This document shows positions 1-31,197 of a stretch of DNA of 64,000 nt, in pieces (position 1 is the stretch's first letter; each line of letters opens with the position of its first letter). The translations under genes were made by a program, and so were the position numbers. This DNA comes from Octopus bimaculoides. Taxonomy: Eukaryota. Where the stretch lies: NCBI RefSeq assembly GCF_001194135.2, contig NC_069002.1:37120646-37184645 (forward strand), given 5' to 3'. The notes beneath the pieces were generated by a model that had not been told where the DNA came from, searched no databases, and saw only the letters and a program-made list of their open reading frames with translations.

Positions 1-1869
1 CTGCTATTTACACTAGTTTTAATTTAATTTTGTTATGTTTATATTTTTCATTGATTGCATCTCTTTATTGAAAGTTTGACCATCTCTCTCTCTCTTTGCT
101 CTCACCCCCCCCCCAGTAACCCTGCTACGTCTCCCCCTCGTCGAGCGATCGACCAGCTGGACTTCATCATTACGTTAAGTCTGCTTAGTAGAACAGCGAG
201 AGAGAGAGAAAGGGAGAAAGACTGAAGTTTTTCAATGGAGGAAAATATTCCTGACTGCTTCAAGACGCGTCAGAGTCCGATTTTCGTCTTTCCTCGGGTC
301 GTTAAAATTAGCCAGTTATGCACCGAACTCCATTCAACTGACTTACATATTATTCCCTACGGAGGAAAAGAAGAAAAAAAACCAGATCAGTTTGTGTCAA
401 ATCTATGTTAGCAGTCGTTATTTGTTTTGATGTTTAAAAAGGTCTTGAAGATTAATAAGAAAAGCTTGATTAAAGCTTTCAAGAATCGATGTTTACACAT
501 ATATTTATATGTGCATACATTTATATACTTTCTCGTCCCTCAATTCTTTCTTTCTTTCCTCTTTTCTTTCACTCACACGTTCTCTCTCCCTCTCTCTCCC
601 TTTCTCTCTCTCTCTCTCTCTCCCCCTTTCTCTCTCCCTCTCTCATAGGTTTCTTTAAGTTCAAATTTATTAATTCGTACATAAACAAAAAGCTGTTATT
701 TACTCTTTTCGCGATAAGTGCTGGGAAAATAGAGTCGAGGAAATCAACTGAGCATATTACGGGTAGTAATCAACAGCAAGGATAATGTTACAGCCTATTT
801 AATAACGAAAATATTCCACATTAAAATATAAATCCAAGACAAAAAATATAATCATGAGCGAAGAAAGAAAGAAAGAAGATACCGGAGAAATTTAAGCACA
901 AAATATAAAGAGGGTACAACATTAAATACTTAATGGCTAGGTTTATTAATTATGACGTTGATCTATTGAACCTTCGAGCCAACGCGGAAATATCATCGCG
1001 GTTACCCTACCAGAAATAGGAGCTAAATCCCTCTGAATTCACATCCTACTTCAAGAAGAAAACATGAGAGACAAAATACAAAAAGAAAGACTTGGAATAT
1101 TGTCTGCTCGATCAAGGTTGACCAGGGGCCATTCAAAAAACAAGAGCCAACGAGGAAGCCTCTACGTGGTTGTTCGAACTGCTAGACTCAGCAACCAAAT
1201 GTTACCCTCGTATTCCACACCCTGCCGCCGTCATAATAGATACGTAATGTAATATCGAAGAGAAAATGGGATGGTTGTGATTAGAATACCTTTGATTAAT
1301 AAGTCAGCTTATTTTGTCTGTCTTTACGTTCTGAGTTCAAATTCCGCCGAGGTCAACTATGCTTTCCTCCTTTTGGGGTGGATAAATTAAGTACCAGTTG
1401 CGTACTGAGTCGATCTAATCGACTGGCCCCCTCCCCAAAAATATCGGGCCTTGTGCCTATAGAAGAAAAGATTAATAGGTTTGCTCACTCACTGTTGACT
1501 TGTGATTAAATGACGTTTATGAATGAGACCACCGACATTAGACTTTTTACTGTAGAACTTATAAATGTCTTAAATATAACTACCGTAGGCTACGTGCTAA
1601 GAAATAGCAGACGCAGGCGTGCCTGTATGGTACACCGACTGTGTATACTAAGAAAACAAATAATAAAATCAGTGTGTGCACTGATTTTCCCACTGATTTA
1701 AACGAGTGTCTTAAATATAAACCTACTTTGTGCAAACTGTTATTTTGCGGCCATAGTCAAGTTGATATCTTTTGATTTTTTAAAAATGCATTTATTTTTG
1801 TATGGGATATTGTGCTCTCTTTTCCTTTTATGCAAACTGTCAAATTTAGCCCAAATGTAACCCTGTACA

Positions 1870-2455
1870 TATCAGCTTCCATTAACAACGGCATGTCAGT
1901 TCCAGAACCTGGTGCATGCATTCCTTGGAAGATCTTTGAACACCTCCTTGATGTTGGCCACCAGCTTGACCTTGCTGTTACAGGCAGAGCAGTTGCTGTA
2001 CCCCTAAATCCATGGGATTACAATTGGGGGAATCAGGAGGCCAGAAATTGAAGCTGATGAAGTTGTAGAAATTCTCCAACAACCACTTCTGACTCTTTCC
2101 AGAGGTATGGAAAGAACCAAATCCTGCTGCCACACATATGATGGCCTTCCAGCAGCAACTCTTTCCAGCCAAGGATTGACCACAGTTTCCAGCAGCTTCT
2201 GAAATGAGAGCCTAAGGCTCTGTTCGAAGATGTGGGATGAATTCTGGCATGCAGATGCAGTCAGAACACCTGCTGTGTCCCTTCCTGCTGCCCACGGCTT
2301 CATAGTCTCCATTGCAGCTGCACATGCCATGTCTTACATCCTTCACTCTGTTCAGAGCGCATTGAGCAGCAGCAGTCATGATGTCAGCATTTTGATGCCC
2401 AGCAAGAACCATGATAAGAAACTCTTAGGTAGTCGAGTACTATTTTTTTCCCACC
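1870..2455 (-). mobile_element. Degenerate, internally deleted Tc1/mariner-superfamily (maT/DD37D-like) transposon
   Basis: Frameshifted pieces LLETVVNPWLERVAAGRPSYVWQQD, HTSGKSQKWLLENFY, FWPPDSPNCNPMD (cf. WPPxSPDLNPxD), LVANIKEVFKDLP; an N-terminal-like piece at 2212-2412 abuts the catalytic C-terminal part. Confidence 0.78.
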
Positions 2456-4750
2456 TGTTTTGTGTTTGTGTGTGTGTGTGCATGCATGAGTGCGCATATA
2501 TATGTGTATATATATATATGTATGTATATATGCATACGTATACACCATATATATACATATTTATATGCATACATACACACCATATATATATACATATTTA
2601 TATTCATACATGTAATAGCATATATATTTATATTTAAACACACACACACATACACACACAATATACAAGCAAATTCTGTCTGTCTGGGACCCCTGTATCT
2701 TAGTCTACATTTGTTCTACATAGACATATTATACCATTTGGGAATCAGGATGATCCCAGAATTGAAAATCTGCCTTTCCTTAGGTTCTTGAACATCCAGC
2801 ATTGGGATCTGATTTAAAAGCATTTGGGTTGCTATTTCTAGCAGGTAAAGCTTGGCTGATTCATGCCATCTTGGTTGGCATTTGTCAGACGACATCAGAA
2901 ATGAAGGGGGAAATAAATGACATTTGCTTTGTTAATTTCATGTTGAGATAATTTGGGACAAATTGGTGAACAGTTGGAATTCAACCTGGGACTGGAACAA
3001 TAGAATTATTGCAGCACAGAATTAATTCTCATGCGTCCTTAACCTCTCATCAAACACCACTGGGGTATATAGTCATTATAGATGTATTATAGACATGCTA
3101 TTTAGCTCTCTTTAGTTTTGGGCCACAGGCCCAGTTAACCCTCCACAGGAGCAAGCTTAAAAGTCTGCAGACTGCAATTTTTAAGCTAGTATATTATATA
3201 TGTGATATACACACACACATATGTGTATGTATGTATGTCTGTGTCTAAATGTATATAATAAATGAGGTTTGAAATATCTATAAATATCTATTTTGTCGTA
3301 GGTCATCTATCAGATAGAAAGCAATTGATAGAAAATATCAGATATCTCATAGAAAATTGAAGCCGAGTGGTGCAAATTACAACAAAACTGGGTTTTTTAT
3401 CAGATCAGTGACTCGCTACCATTGTCCTTTTTGTTGTTGTTGCTGTTGTCCTTGTACTCATTGTTGGTGTTGCTAAGCAGTGACAATGAGCTCTTGTCTT
3501 GACAAACCTATGGTGTGTAGCTGAATATTAAAATCTGATTAGGTATTCAACTACTATATTTTTCCACCTGTTTTGCATTTATGTGCTTACCTGTGGCGTC
3601 TTTATTGTACCTTTATGCTGTTATCCAAAGTTTTAGGTGTTTTAATAACTTATGAACACAAAATCTTAAAGACAGCGAGGTCATTTATTATTTTACTTTC
3701 AGTGACAGTTAAATGCTACCTCTTCAGATTCACTGACTCCATTGGCACTGCTTTTTTTAGGTTCATGATTTTCAGTTTGAAGTATTGATTGTCATTCATC
3801 CTAAAAGTTTTGTTGGCCAACATTTCATTCTAGTGTCTACCTTTCAGTTGGTCCTCTTTAAGGATACATCACAATCATCATCATCATCATCATCGTTTAA
3901 CGTCCGCTTTCCATGCTGGCATGGGTTGGACGATTTGACTGAGGACTGGTGAACCAGATGGCTACACCAGGCTCCAATCTGATTTGGCAGAGTTTCTACA
4001 ATATTGGTTTCAAATTTTGGCACAAGGCCAGCAGCTTTGGGAGAGGGGTGAAGTCAATTAAATTGACCCTAGTGTTTAACTGGTACATATTTTATCGATC
4101 TTGAAATGATGAAAGGCAAAACTGATCCTGGCAGAATTTGAACTCAGAATCTAAAGACAAACAAAATGCCACGAAGACAAAAGTCTTCGAAAAGGCTGGA
4201 AGTGGCAACGAAAGAGCAAAAACCAGACATTTGAATATTTAACCAATTGACTAATAATAAATGAGTGGAATTGAACCAGTGTGTGTGTCAATTATACTGG
4301 CATAATGACCCTCCCTAGACACATCAAAATAGTATATGTTGCTAAAGAGGATTTAAAAAAAAAAAATCTTCTTTTCTCATTTTCAGCTTCATCAAAACCT
4401 CAATACTACTAAATGATTTTTTAGGTGTTGGCATGTCTGAGTAGTTCAAAAGCTTGCTTTGCAACCATGTGGTTTCAAGTTCAGTCCCACTGAATGGCAC
4501 CTTAGGTGTCTTCTACTATAGGTCTGGGCTGATCAAAGCCTTGTGAGTGGATTTGGTAGAAGAAAACTGAAAGAAGCCTGTTATGTATAAATATGTGTAT
4601 GTATGTATATATATATNNNNNNNNNNTCAAGTGGTCAGTTTATGCTCATGAACTCAGACTAAAACAACAGGCCAATGACATGCAATTAAATGAGGATCCA
4701 ATTTTGAATCCTGGCTTAAAAAGTTGGTAGCTGTTTGCTACATATTATAA

Positions 4751-5418
4751 ACACCAACTTAATGATTTTTTTCTATTATAGGCACAAGGCCTGAAACTTA
4801 GGAAAAGGGGGCCAGTCAATTTCAATGATTCCATGAAAGAATGAAAGGCAAATTGACCTTGGCAGAATTTAAACTCAGAAGCTGGAAGAAATGTTGCTAA
4901 GCCTTTTGTCTGACAAACTAATATTCTGCCAATTCACCATCTTCAAATACCAACTTAATAATGGTCCCAAATTTTGGCACAAGGCCATCAGTTTTTGAGG
5001 GGAGGGTGAAGTCAACAATATTGACCCCAATACTTGACTTGTACTTATTTTATCGACCCTGAAAGGCAAAGTCAAACTCAGTGGAATTTGAACACGGAAC
5101 TTAGAGACATATAAAATGCTGCTTAGTATTTTGTTTGGCATGCTAACAATTCTGTCAGCTTACCGTCTTAAAAACACCAACCTAATAATCTTTCCTACTC
5201 TAGGCACAAGGCCTGAAATTTTTGCAGAGGGGCCAGTCAATTAGATTGATCCCAGTACACAACTGGTACTTAATTTATCAACCGTCAAAGGATGATAGGC
5301 AAAGTCAATCTCGGCAGAATTTGAACTCAGAATGTAAAGACAGACGAAATACTGCTAAGCATTTCGCCCAATGTGCTAACGTTTCTGCCAGCTCACCGCC
5401 TTACACCAACCTAATAAT
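4751..5418 (-). mobile_element. Three head-to-tail tRNA-type SINE copies separated by a repeated 16-bp motif
   Basis: Each ~200-230-bp unit has GGCACAAGG...TTTTATCGAC...GAAAGGCAAA...GAATTTGAACTCAGAA (reverse complement of a B-box-like GTTCAAATTC); motif ACACCAACYTAATAAT at 4751, 4947, 5174 and 5403. Confidence 0.85.
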
Positions 5419-6529
5419 GACAATCATTTTACTAAATTCTCAATTATTCTCAAAAAAATTAATTAAAACAAAGGCAGTGTATTTCAACAGAAATACTTTA
5501 ATGAAAGGAATAATATTAAATCAATCTGAGAGATTATAATATAATAATTATAATATAATAATATTATATCAATCTGAAGAAGCTAAGATGCATTAACTAT
5601 CCAGTTTTGCTTAACTAGTTTCTAAGCTCAAATCATGCCAGAGTGAACTTCATGTTTCATCTGCCTGGGGAACATCAACTGAGTACCAGTACTCCCTACC
5701 TTTCTCCCTCCTCTATAAATGTGGAACCTGATCTTAATGAAAAGAAATCAATATTTTGTCATTTTTTGCTCTGAAATGAAGACAACTATTGATCTTCTTA
5801 TATTTTTGCCTTTATACTTCCAGTTCTTCCCGGCGAGCAAGAGAATCTCTATGCAGTCATTCAAACCAATCAGAAACAGCAACAAAATCCCTCTCGATTC
5901 CTATACAAGCAGATGAGATGGCTGCAAACACCTTTGACCATAACACTGCTCAATCAGGGGGCTGACATGTGGCTACACAACAACTTCTGGTACATTTTAG
6001 CAAGTATATGCATGTGTGTGTGTGTGTGTCTGTGTATGTGCGCGCATACATATATAAGGTGGTGCCCCAGTATGGTCACAGTCTAATGACTGAAACAAGT
6101 AAAAGATAGATATCATCATCATTTAATGTCTGCCTTCCTTGCTGGCATTGGTCAGATAGTTTGACAGGAGCTGGCAAACCATTGAACTGCACCAAATTCC
6201 GCTGTCTGCTTTGGCATGGTTTTTACGGCTGGATACCCTTCCTAACACCAACCACTTTACAGAGCAGACTGGGTACCTTTTGCATGGTACCAGTACTGGC
6301 AAGGTCTGCTTTGACAAGGCTTTTACAAATGGATGCCCTTCCTAATGCATCTAATAGCATCCAGTCCACTTTACAGAGTGGACTGGGTGATATTTACATG
6401 GCACCAGTGCTGACAAGGTCTACTTTGGCATGGTTTTTCGGCTGGATTCCCTTCCAAATATCAACCACTTCACAAAGTAGGCTGGATATATATGCACACG
6501 TGTGTGTGTGTGTTTGTTGTGGATTTGGA

Positions 6530-7500
6530 TAATTCACCTCTGGAAACATGGGTGTTTCATCCAACATCCTTAAACAATCCTAATTCAGGGACCTTTTCAG
6601 TGGGATAGGCTATTCAACCTGAAGAAGATTCTAACTGGGCTCCACCTACGAGGTCATGCACTGTTTATCTTGATATGAAATCACCATTTTCTGCATATAT
6701 GGTTGTGATGCATGTGCCTAGTGTACCCTTATCAGACAGGTAGTCCTGATGGGGATATTGGGCTTCGTATATTTGTACCCAAGTGTCACTATGATGGTAT
6801 GCACTGCTCTCTTACTAAATAATAATAATAATGGTTTGAAATTTTGGCACAAGACCAATAATTTCAGGAAGGGGGTTGTAAGTCAATTACATTCATCCCC
6901 ACTAATCAACAGGTATTTATTTTATCAACCCAGGGAGGATAAAAGGTAAAGTTGGCATCATGTGATGTAATACCAAACAATGACTCATAACTTCTGATCT
7001 CAACTGATTGGAAGTGTTATCATGTTTTGTCTTGGTATAAAAAGATGGGCCACAGCAAATATTCTGCTCCATACCACAGATTAGTTTGTCAGTTGGTTGA
7101 CCTTAATCAGTTGAGCATGTCCCATTTTCAGCTGACAGAATGCATCTCTGATCACAAGGAGTAGTGGGGGAGCAACATAGTCATGTGTTGAGGGGAAATT
7201 CTTTGGGGTTTGAATAATTCACCTCTGGAACATGGATGTTTCATTCATCATCCTCAAACAATCCTTATTCAGGAACCCTTTGAGTGGGGTGGGCTACTTG
7301 ACCTGCAAAATATTCTAAGCCCCACCTGCGCGGTCATGCACTGTTTATCTCGATATGAGATCAACATGTCGTGTACATATGGTTGTGATGCTTGTGCCTG
7401 GTGTACCCTTATCAGACGGGTAGTCATTATGGCTACATTGGACTTCATATATTTGTACCACACTGTCACCTTGATGGCATGCATTTGTGTGGAAAGAGAC
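6530..7500 (+). repeat. Two copies (~6530-6812 and ~7210-7490) of a ~280-bp interspersed repeat segment
   Basis: Both share GATAATTCACCTCTGGAA...CCCACCT.CG.GGTCATGCACTGTTTATCT.GATATGA...GTGTACCCTTATCAGAC.GGTAGTC; family not identified. Confidence 0.7.
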
Positions 7501-7589
7501 CCTATGAGACCTCTGACAGCAGGCTGCTGTCCACTCTCACAGAATCTACCAAAGTAAACAAGATCAAGCACTCTGAGAAGTAAAACAAT

Positions 7590-7590
7590 A

Positions 7591-7621
<31 letters not shown>

Positions 7622-7660
7622 TGATAATAATAATAGTAATAATAGTAATAATAATAATGA
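7590..7660. repeat. (AAT)n microsatellite at a SINE tail
   Basis: Directly visible AATAAT/AGTAAT run adjoining a SINE at 7660-7820. Confidence 0.9.
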
Positions 7661-9704
7661 TTTCAAATCTTGGCATGAGGCCAAGCTAGTTTGGGGAGTT
7701 GATTACATCAACCTGTGCTTAACTGGTACTTATTTTATTGACCTCAAAAGGGATGAAAGGCAAACTTCAATGAGACTTGAACTCAGAATGTAAAGATAGA
7801 TGAAATGCTGGTAAATATTTAATAACAACAACAACAACAACAATAATAAATAGTAGCATATAGGGAACTTGAAAAATAACTAAAAGTCATTTAGTGCTGA
7901 CTTATATTTTAGCTATATGGTGACAATTTGCTTTAAGATATAATTATTAATCAAATTAAAACTAATAATAATAATGAATTTATGAGAAAGTTTCTCTTTT
8001 TTCTGGAAATGTTTCACATGGATGCCACTAAAAACAGCCATAAAAAAGCCTAATTTTGTGAAAATCATTGGCAGAAAGTTTCTGTTGTCAGTTTGACATT
8101 TACATTGATGTAACTATTCAGAACTTATCTGATAATTAATGCTGTAAATTAATTTGCTGACAGCAATTTAGCTGGTTTAACATGTGTTGTATTTAAGATG
8201 TAAATAGACCAGTAGAATAAGTATTATTACAACGAGATAGTATTTATAAGTAAAAGATTAAAATGATTTAAATCCTAAGCTGTCAATGCTTTTGTTTCAA
8301 TTGCATTTTGTTGTTTTCCCTTACCAAATTTCACAAATTTTAATGTAAATATAAAGATGTTCTAGATATTCAAACGGTTTAGAAGGTTCAGCCCTGGGTT
8401 ACATTTCATGATATTTTTTCAGATTACATTTTATGGTATTCCCAGTTCAGGAAATGGAAGACAACATAGAATTAAGTATATTACAATCAAAACTGCCCTC
8501 CAGGCAATTTTTCTACTAGTCATTATAAAAAGGATATAAAATACCCCCCCCCCCCCACACACACACACGTATATGCACACATACATATATATACATGTGG
8601 GGGAGGAGTGAGGCACATATGTGTGCATGTGTCTATATGTGTCATCATCATTTAGCGTCCATTTTCCATGCTGGCATGGGTAAGATGGTTTGACTAGGTA
8701 GCTGGTAAGCTGGAGAGTTGCACTGGACTCCAGTCTGTTTCAGCTTGGTTTCTGCAGCTGGATGCCCTTCCTAATGCCAACCACTGCACAGAGTGTACTG
8801 TGTATCTTGTACGTGCCTTTCACGTATCATCAGCATGAGTGCCTTCTACTTGTCACCAGTACTGGCCTCAAAGCTTGATGTGTCTTCACAGCAAATGGCA
8901 AATGTGTATTTCTATATAAATATATATGCATGTACATGTCTATACATGTGTGAGAGTTGATTTCCAGATGTTGAGCCTCATAAAGGAGATGACAATGGAC
9001 CAAGATGTCTGACAATATAAGGTTCTCAAGAAGATCCATTCCCCTCAGTGAAACGGAGTTCTGGAAGTGTTGTGTGTTCCATTCACATGTAACATTAAAT
9101 TTTTCACACACAGACTACTCCAATAAACCAAACTACATCTCCCCTCCTCTTCTTCATGCATTGTGCTCGTCTCTCCTTCCTTACTCCTCCAGTCCAATCC
9201 TGTCCTCTCCACCCCTGACAACTGTATCATTGCTATCCTCTCATCCCCTTCTATGCACCTGAGTTTCAAAAGTCACTGCTCCACCACCCCCTTTCCATTC
9301 ATTTGGACTCCCTACTCACACACCCTGCACCATCCCATTCATATTTACGTTCTTGTACCTTGAGAGTATACTCTGGCACACTGCCACCATTTCTCTCATT
9401 GTAATGTTACAGTAAACTCCTCCAATATTATTATTACTGTCCTTTAAATTTGAGGCTTTGTGCTTATGTTCTGACTGAAAATCCCACGGAGGCTAACTCT
9501 ACCCTCCGTCCTTCCTTGTTGAAGATCGATAAAATAAAATAAACTACCAAATGAAACTGTATGTTGATTTAGTTGTCTACAGCCTTCCTCTAAAACTTAT
9601 AAGCCTTGTGCTATTATTAGAAATCAATAAAAATGTAATATCAACAACATTAAATTCAAACGAATTACCAAACTAATTCAAGAAGAGTGAAAAATTGTTT
9701 CTAC

Positions 9705-10510
9705 TAAAAGCACAAGGCCTGAAATTTGGGATGAGGGTGCTAGCTGATTACATCGACCTCAGTACTTCACTACTACTTATTTTATCAACACCGAAAGGAT
9801 GAAAGGCAAAGTCGATATCAGTGCAATTTGAACTCGGAACGTTATAAGTCGGGAAGACATGTCGCCCAGCATTTTCGGCGTGCTAACGATTCTGCCAGCT
9901 AGCTGCCCTAATAATGATAATGATTTCAAATTTTGACACAAGGTGAGCAATTTCGGGAAGGGGTTTAAGTTGATTAATCGACTCCAGTGCTCAACTGGTA
10001 CTTATTTTATCGATACCGAAAGGATTGGAAGGCATAGTCGACTTCGGCAGAAATTTGAACTCAAGCCGACGAAATGCCGTTAAGCAAATAGCCCGGCGTG
10101 CTAACGATTCGACCAAACTCACCGCCTCAATAATAATAATAATTGTTTCTAAATGTTGGCACAAGGCCAGTAATGTTGCGAAACGAGGGAAGCTGATTAC
10201 AGCTGGTTCTTATTTTGGTGCTACTTAAATAGAGGTCCCCTCTATGTAACCTTAACCATAACTAACCTAACCCTAAAAACCTTAGCGAGTGTGCACTGTA
10301 AAAACATATCGTTAAGTAGATGTATCGGGACCTCTGTATTTAAGTAGTGCCCTTATTTTATCGACCTTGAAAGGATGAAAAAAGCCAAGTCGGCATCGGC
10401 AGAATTTAAACTGAAATCGTTACGCAGTCGGAAGAACTATCGCAAAAGCATTATTTTCCGATACATAGTAAATTCAAACAAGCCACCTCATAATAATAAT
10501 AATAATAATA
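9705..10510 (-). mobile_element. Second stack of three copies of the same SINE family joined by (AAT)n
   Basis: Same internal motifs as 4751-5418; the third copy is interrupted by a MITE at 10217-10351. Confidence 0.82.
10217..10351. mobile_element. 135-bp MITE with ~23-bp imperfect TIRs and 8-bp TSD, nested in a SINE
   Basis: Left end GGTGCTACTTAAATAGAGGTCCC; right end reverse complement GGCACTACTTAAATACAGAGGTCCC; CTTATTTT at 10209-10216 and 10352-10359; removing it restores the SINE motif CTTATTTTATCGACC. Confidence 0.8.
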
Positions 10511-10662
10511 AATACATAAATAAATAAATCACATGCTATAGCATGAAAGAAAATTTGTCACAGATGACAAAAAAAAAAAATTTTTTTTTAAAAACGGAAT
10601 TTGAAATCAGAACGTGAAAAGCGGATAAAATGCCGCAAAGGATTTAATCCGACGTTCTAACC

Positions 10663-10960
10663 TAGAGGTTCTCAACAGGAGTCCACGGTCAGACCCCTGG
10701 GGATCCATGGAAAAACATAGTAAAATTGTGGATGTACAGTAGTATTTAAATGTCCTTGAAAAAATGTTAGGTTAATGTTTACATCTCAAATGTTATTATG
10801 GATGAAACTACCTCAGTTTCTTTCTCCAACGTTTCACATAGTTCAGCTTAGATGTGTGAAAAAACAAAATAACAATTTTGAAAGAAATATCTATAAAACT
10901 AGTTTTTAAACATCGAATGGTTACGGGGGGGGGGGGTCCATACGTAAACGAGAACCACAA
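10663..10960. mobile_element. Probable hAT-type MITE
   Basis: Left end TAGAGGTTCTCAAC and right end CGAGAACCACAA resemble the CAGTGGTTCTCAAC TIR class; no convincing TSD. Confidence 0.45.
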
Positions 10961-11098
10961 CGCTTAACCTAACCATTCAACACAGCTACAGCCTCAAAGA
11001 GGAGAGAGAACAATAAAACGAAATTAAAAATCAATAAAACCTCCCCGATACATCTATATTTATTAAGTGGTGCCAGCCTACAATAAATTCTCCCTTCC

Positions 11099-11193
11099 AC
11101 TTCCGGTTAATTATCTGTTATTTTGTTTTTTTGTTTGTTTGTTGGTTATACTTTTTTTGTTGTTTTCCTCCCTTGTTTTGTTTGCAGATGGCG
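11099..11193 (+). promoter_or_regulatory. Putative KAT7 core promoter / 5' leader start
   Basis: ETS-type ACTTCCGG at 11099-11106 and YY1-like AGATGGCG at 11186-11193 in a visibly CpG-richer region upstream of the ATG; TSS not determined. Confidence 0.4.
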
Positions 11194-11362
11194 CTGTGTG
11201 TCTCCCCCAAATTCCGCCAGTCTTGTGTTGTTTGGCGAAACTTGTTGCATTATTATCATGTCGACTTCCTCAGCCGTTGCTGTTCTTCTGCTTCTTCTTC
11301 CCTGCACTAAGGCCTCATTCCTTCATAGAACCGTTTATTCTCGATAGGAACAGTTTTAAGTC

Positions 11363-30180
<18,818 letters not shown>

Positions 30181-31153
30181 CACTTGCACCGACTGCAAGA
30201 TTCGCAAGACCCTTGGTATAATTTCTGTTTAGCTGGAGGGCAGAATGGGTGGGTGGGTGGTGCTGGTGATTGGTGACATATCAGCCCTGGGGAAGTACAT
30301 TCCAACTGTTACTCAGATTCTGACTTCATTTCTGATCCCTTTTTTTGTTTTTTTTTCAATACACCAGAGTCAAGCGTGTGTATGTAGAAACTTGTATATG
30401 ACTTTGTGTATGTGATAGAAAGGATTATACACTGTGTGTATATGGATATATACATACATGCACACATATTTTTGTGTGTGTGTATGTGTATGTATGTATA
30501 TATATATACATATATATATATGTGCATGTGCGTATAAAGTGTTGGCATAGCAATCTCATGGTTCCTGGTTCAATCTCACCACATGGCACCTTGGGCAAGT
30601 GTCTTCTATAACCTCGAGTACAATGCAGAAGCCTACTGTACACAAATATATAATGTGTGTGTCTGTCTGTTTATCTGTTTTGTGTGTTTATGTTTGCACT
30701 TGTCTGAAAACCGGTATTGTTTATGTCATCTCCCTTTGTGTCCTATAACTTAGCAGTTCTGCAAATAGATATCGACAAAATACCAGACTGAAATAGTGCT
30801 ACAGTCAATACGCTTGACTAAAACACTTGAAGGCAGTACTCCAGCATGGTCACAGTCCAGTGATTGAAACCAGTAAAAGAATAAATACATACACATAATG
30901 TAGATGTGTGTAAATAGATAAAAATATGTATGTATATTTATGTGTGTATGTGTATATATATATATATATATATATGCGTGCGTGTGTATATGCATATGCA
31001 CATGTGGATAATATATATTTATATAAAATAGCAATTTAATATTCACAAAAGATGTGTAAATATTCCTCTATATGTATAATACTTGCATTGGTGCTTGTAC
31101 ATACATACACACACACACACATATATATATATACTTACACATGTATATGTGTT

Positions 31154-31197
<44 letters not shown>

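Noticed and set aside
4751-5418. CRISPR-like appearance of short repeats alternating with long units
   Set aside because: Eukaryotic locus, the long units are homologous SINEs rather than unique spacers, and there are no cas genes.
9000-9400. Possible RTE LINE remnant on minus
   Set aside because: Similarity is too weak to support by eye.
10250-10285. Interstitial telomere
   Set aside because: Only a few degenerate TAACC(C) units, enclosed within a MITE.
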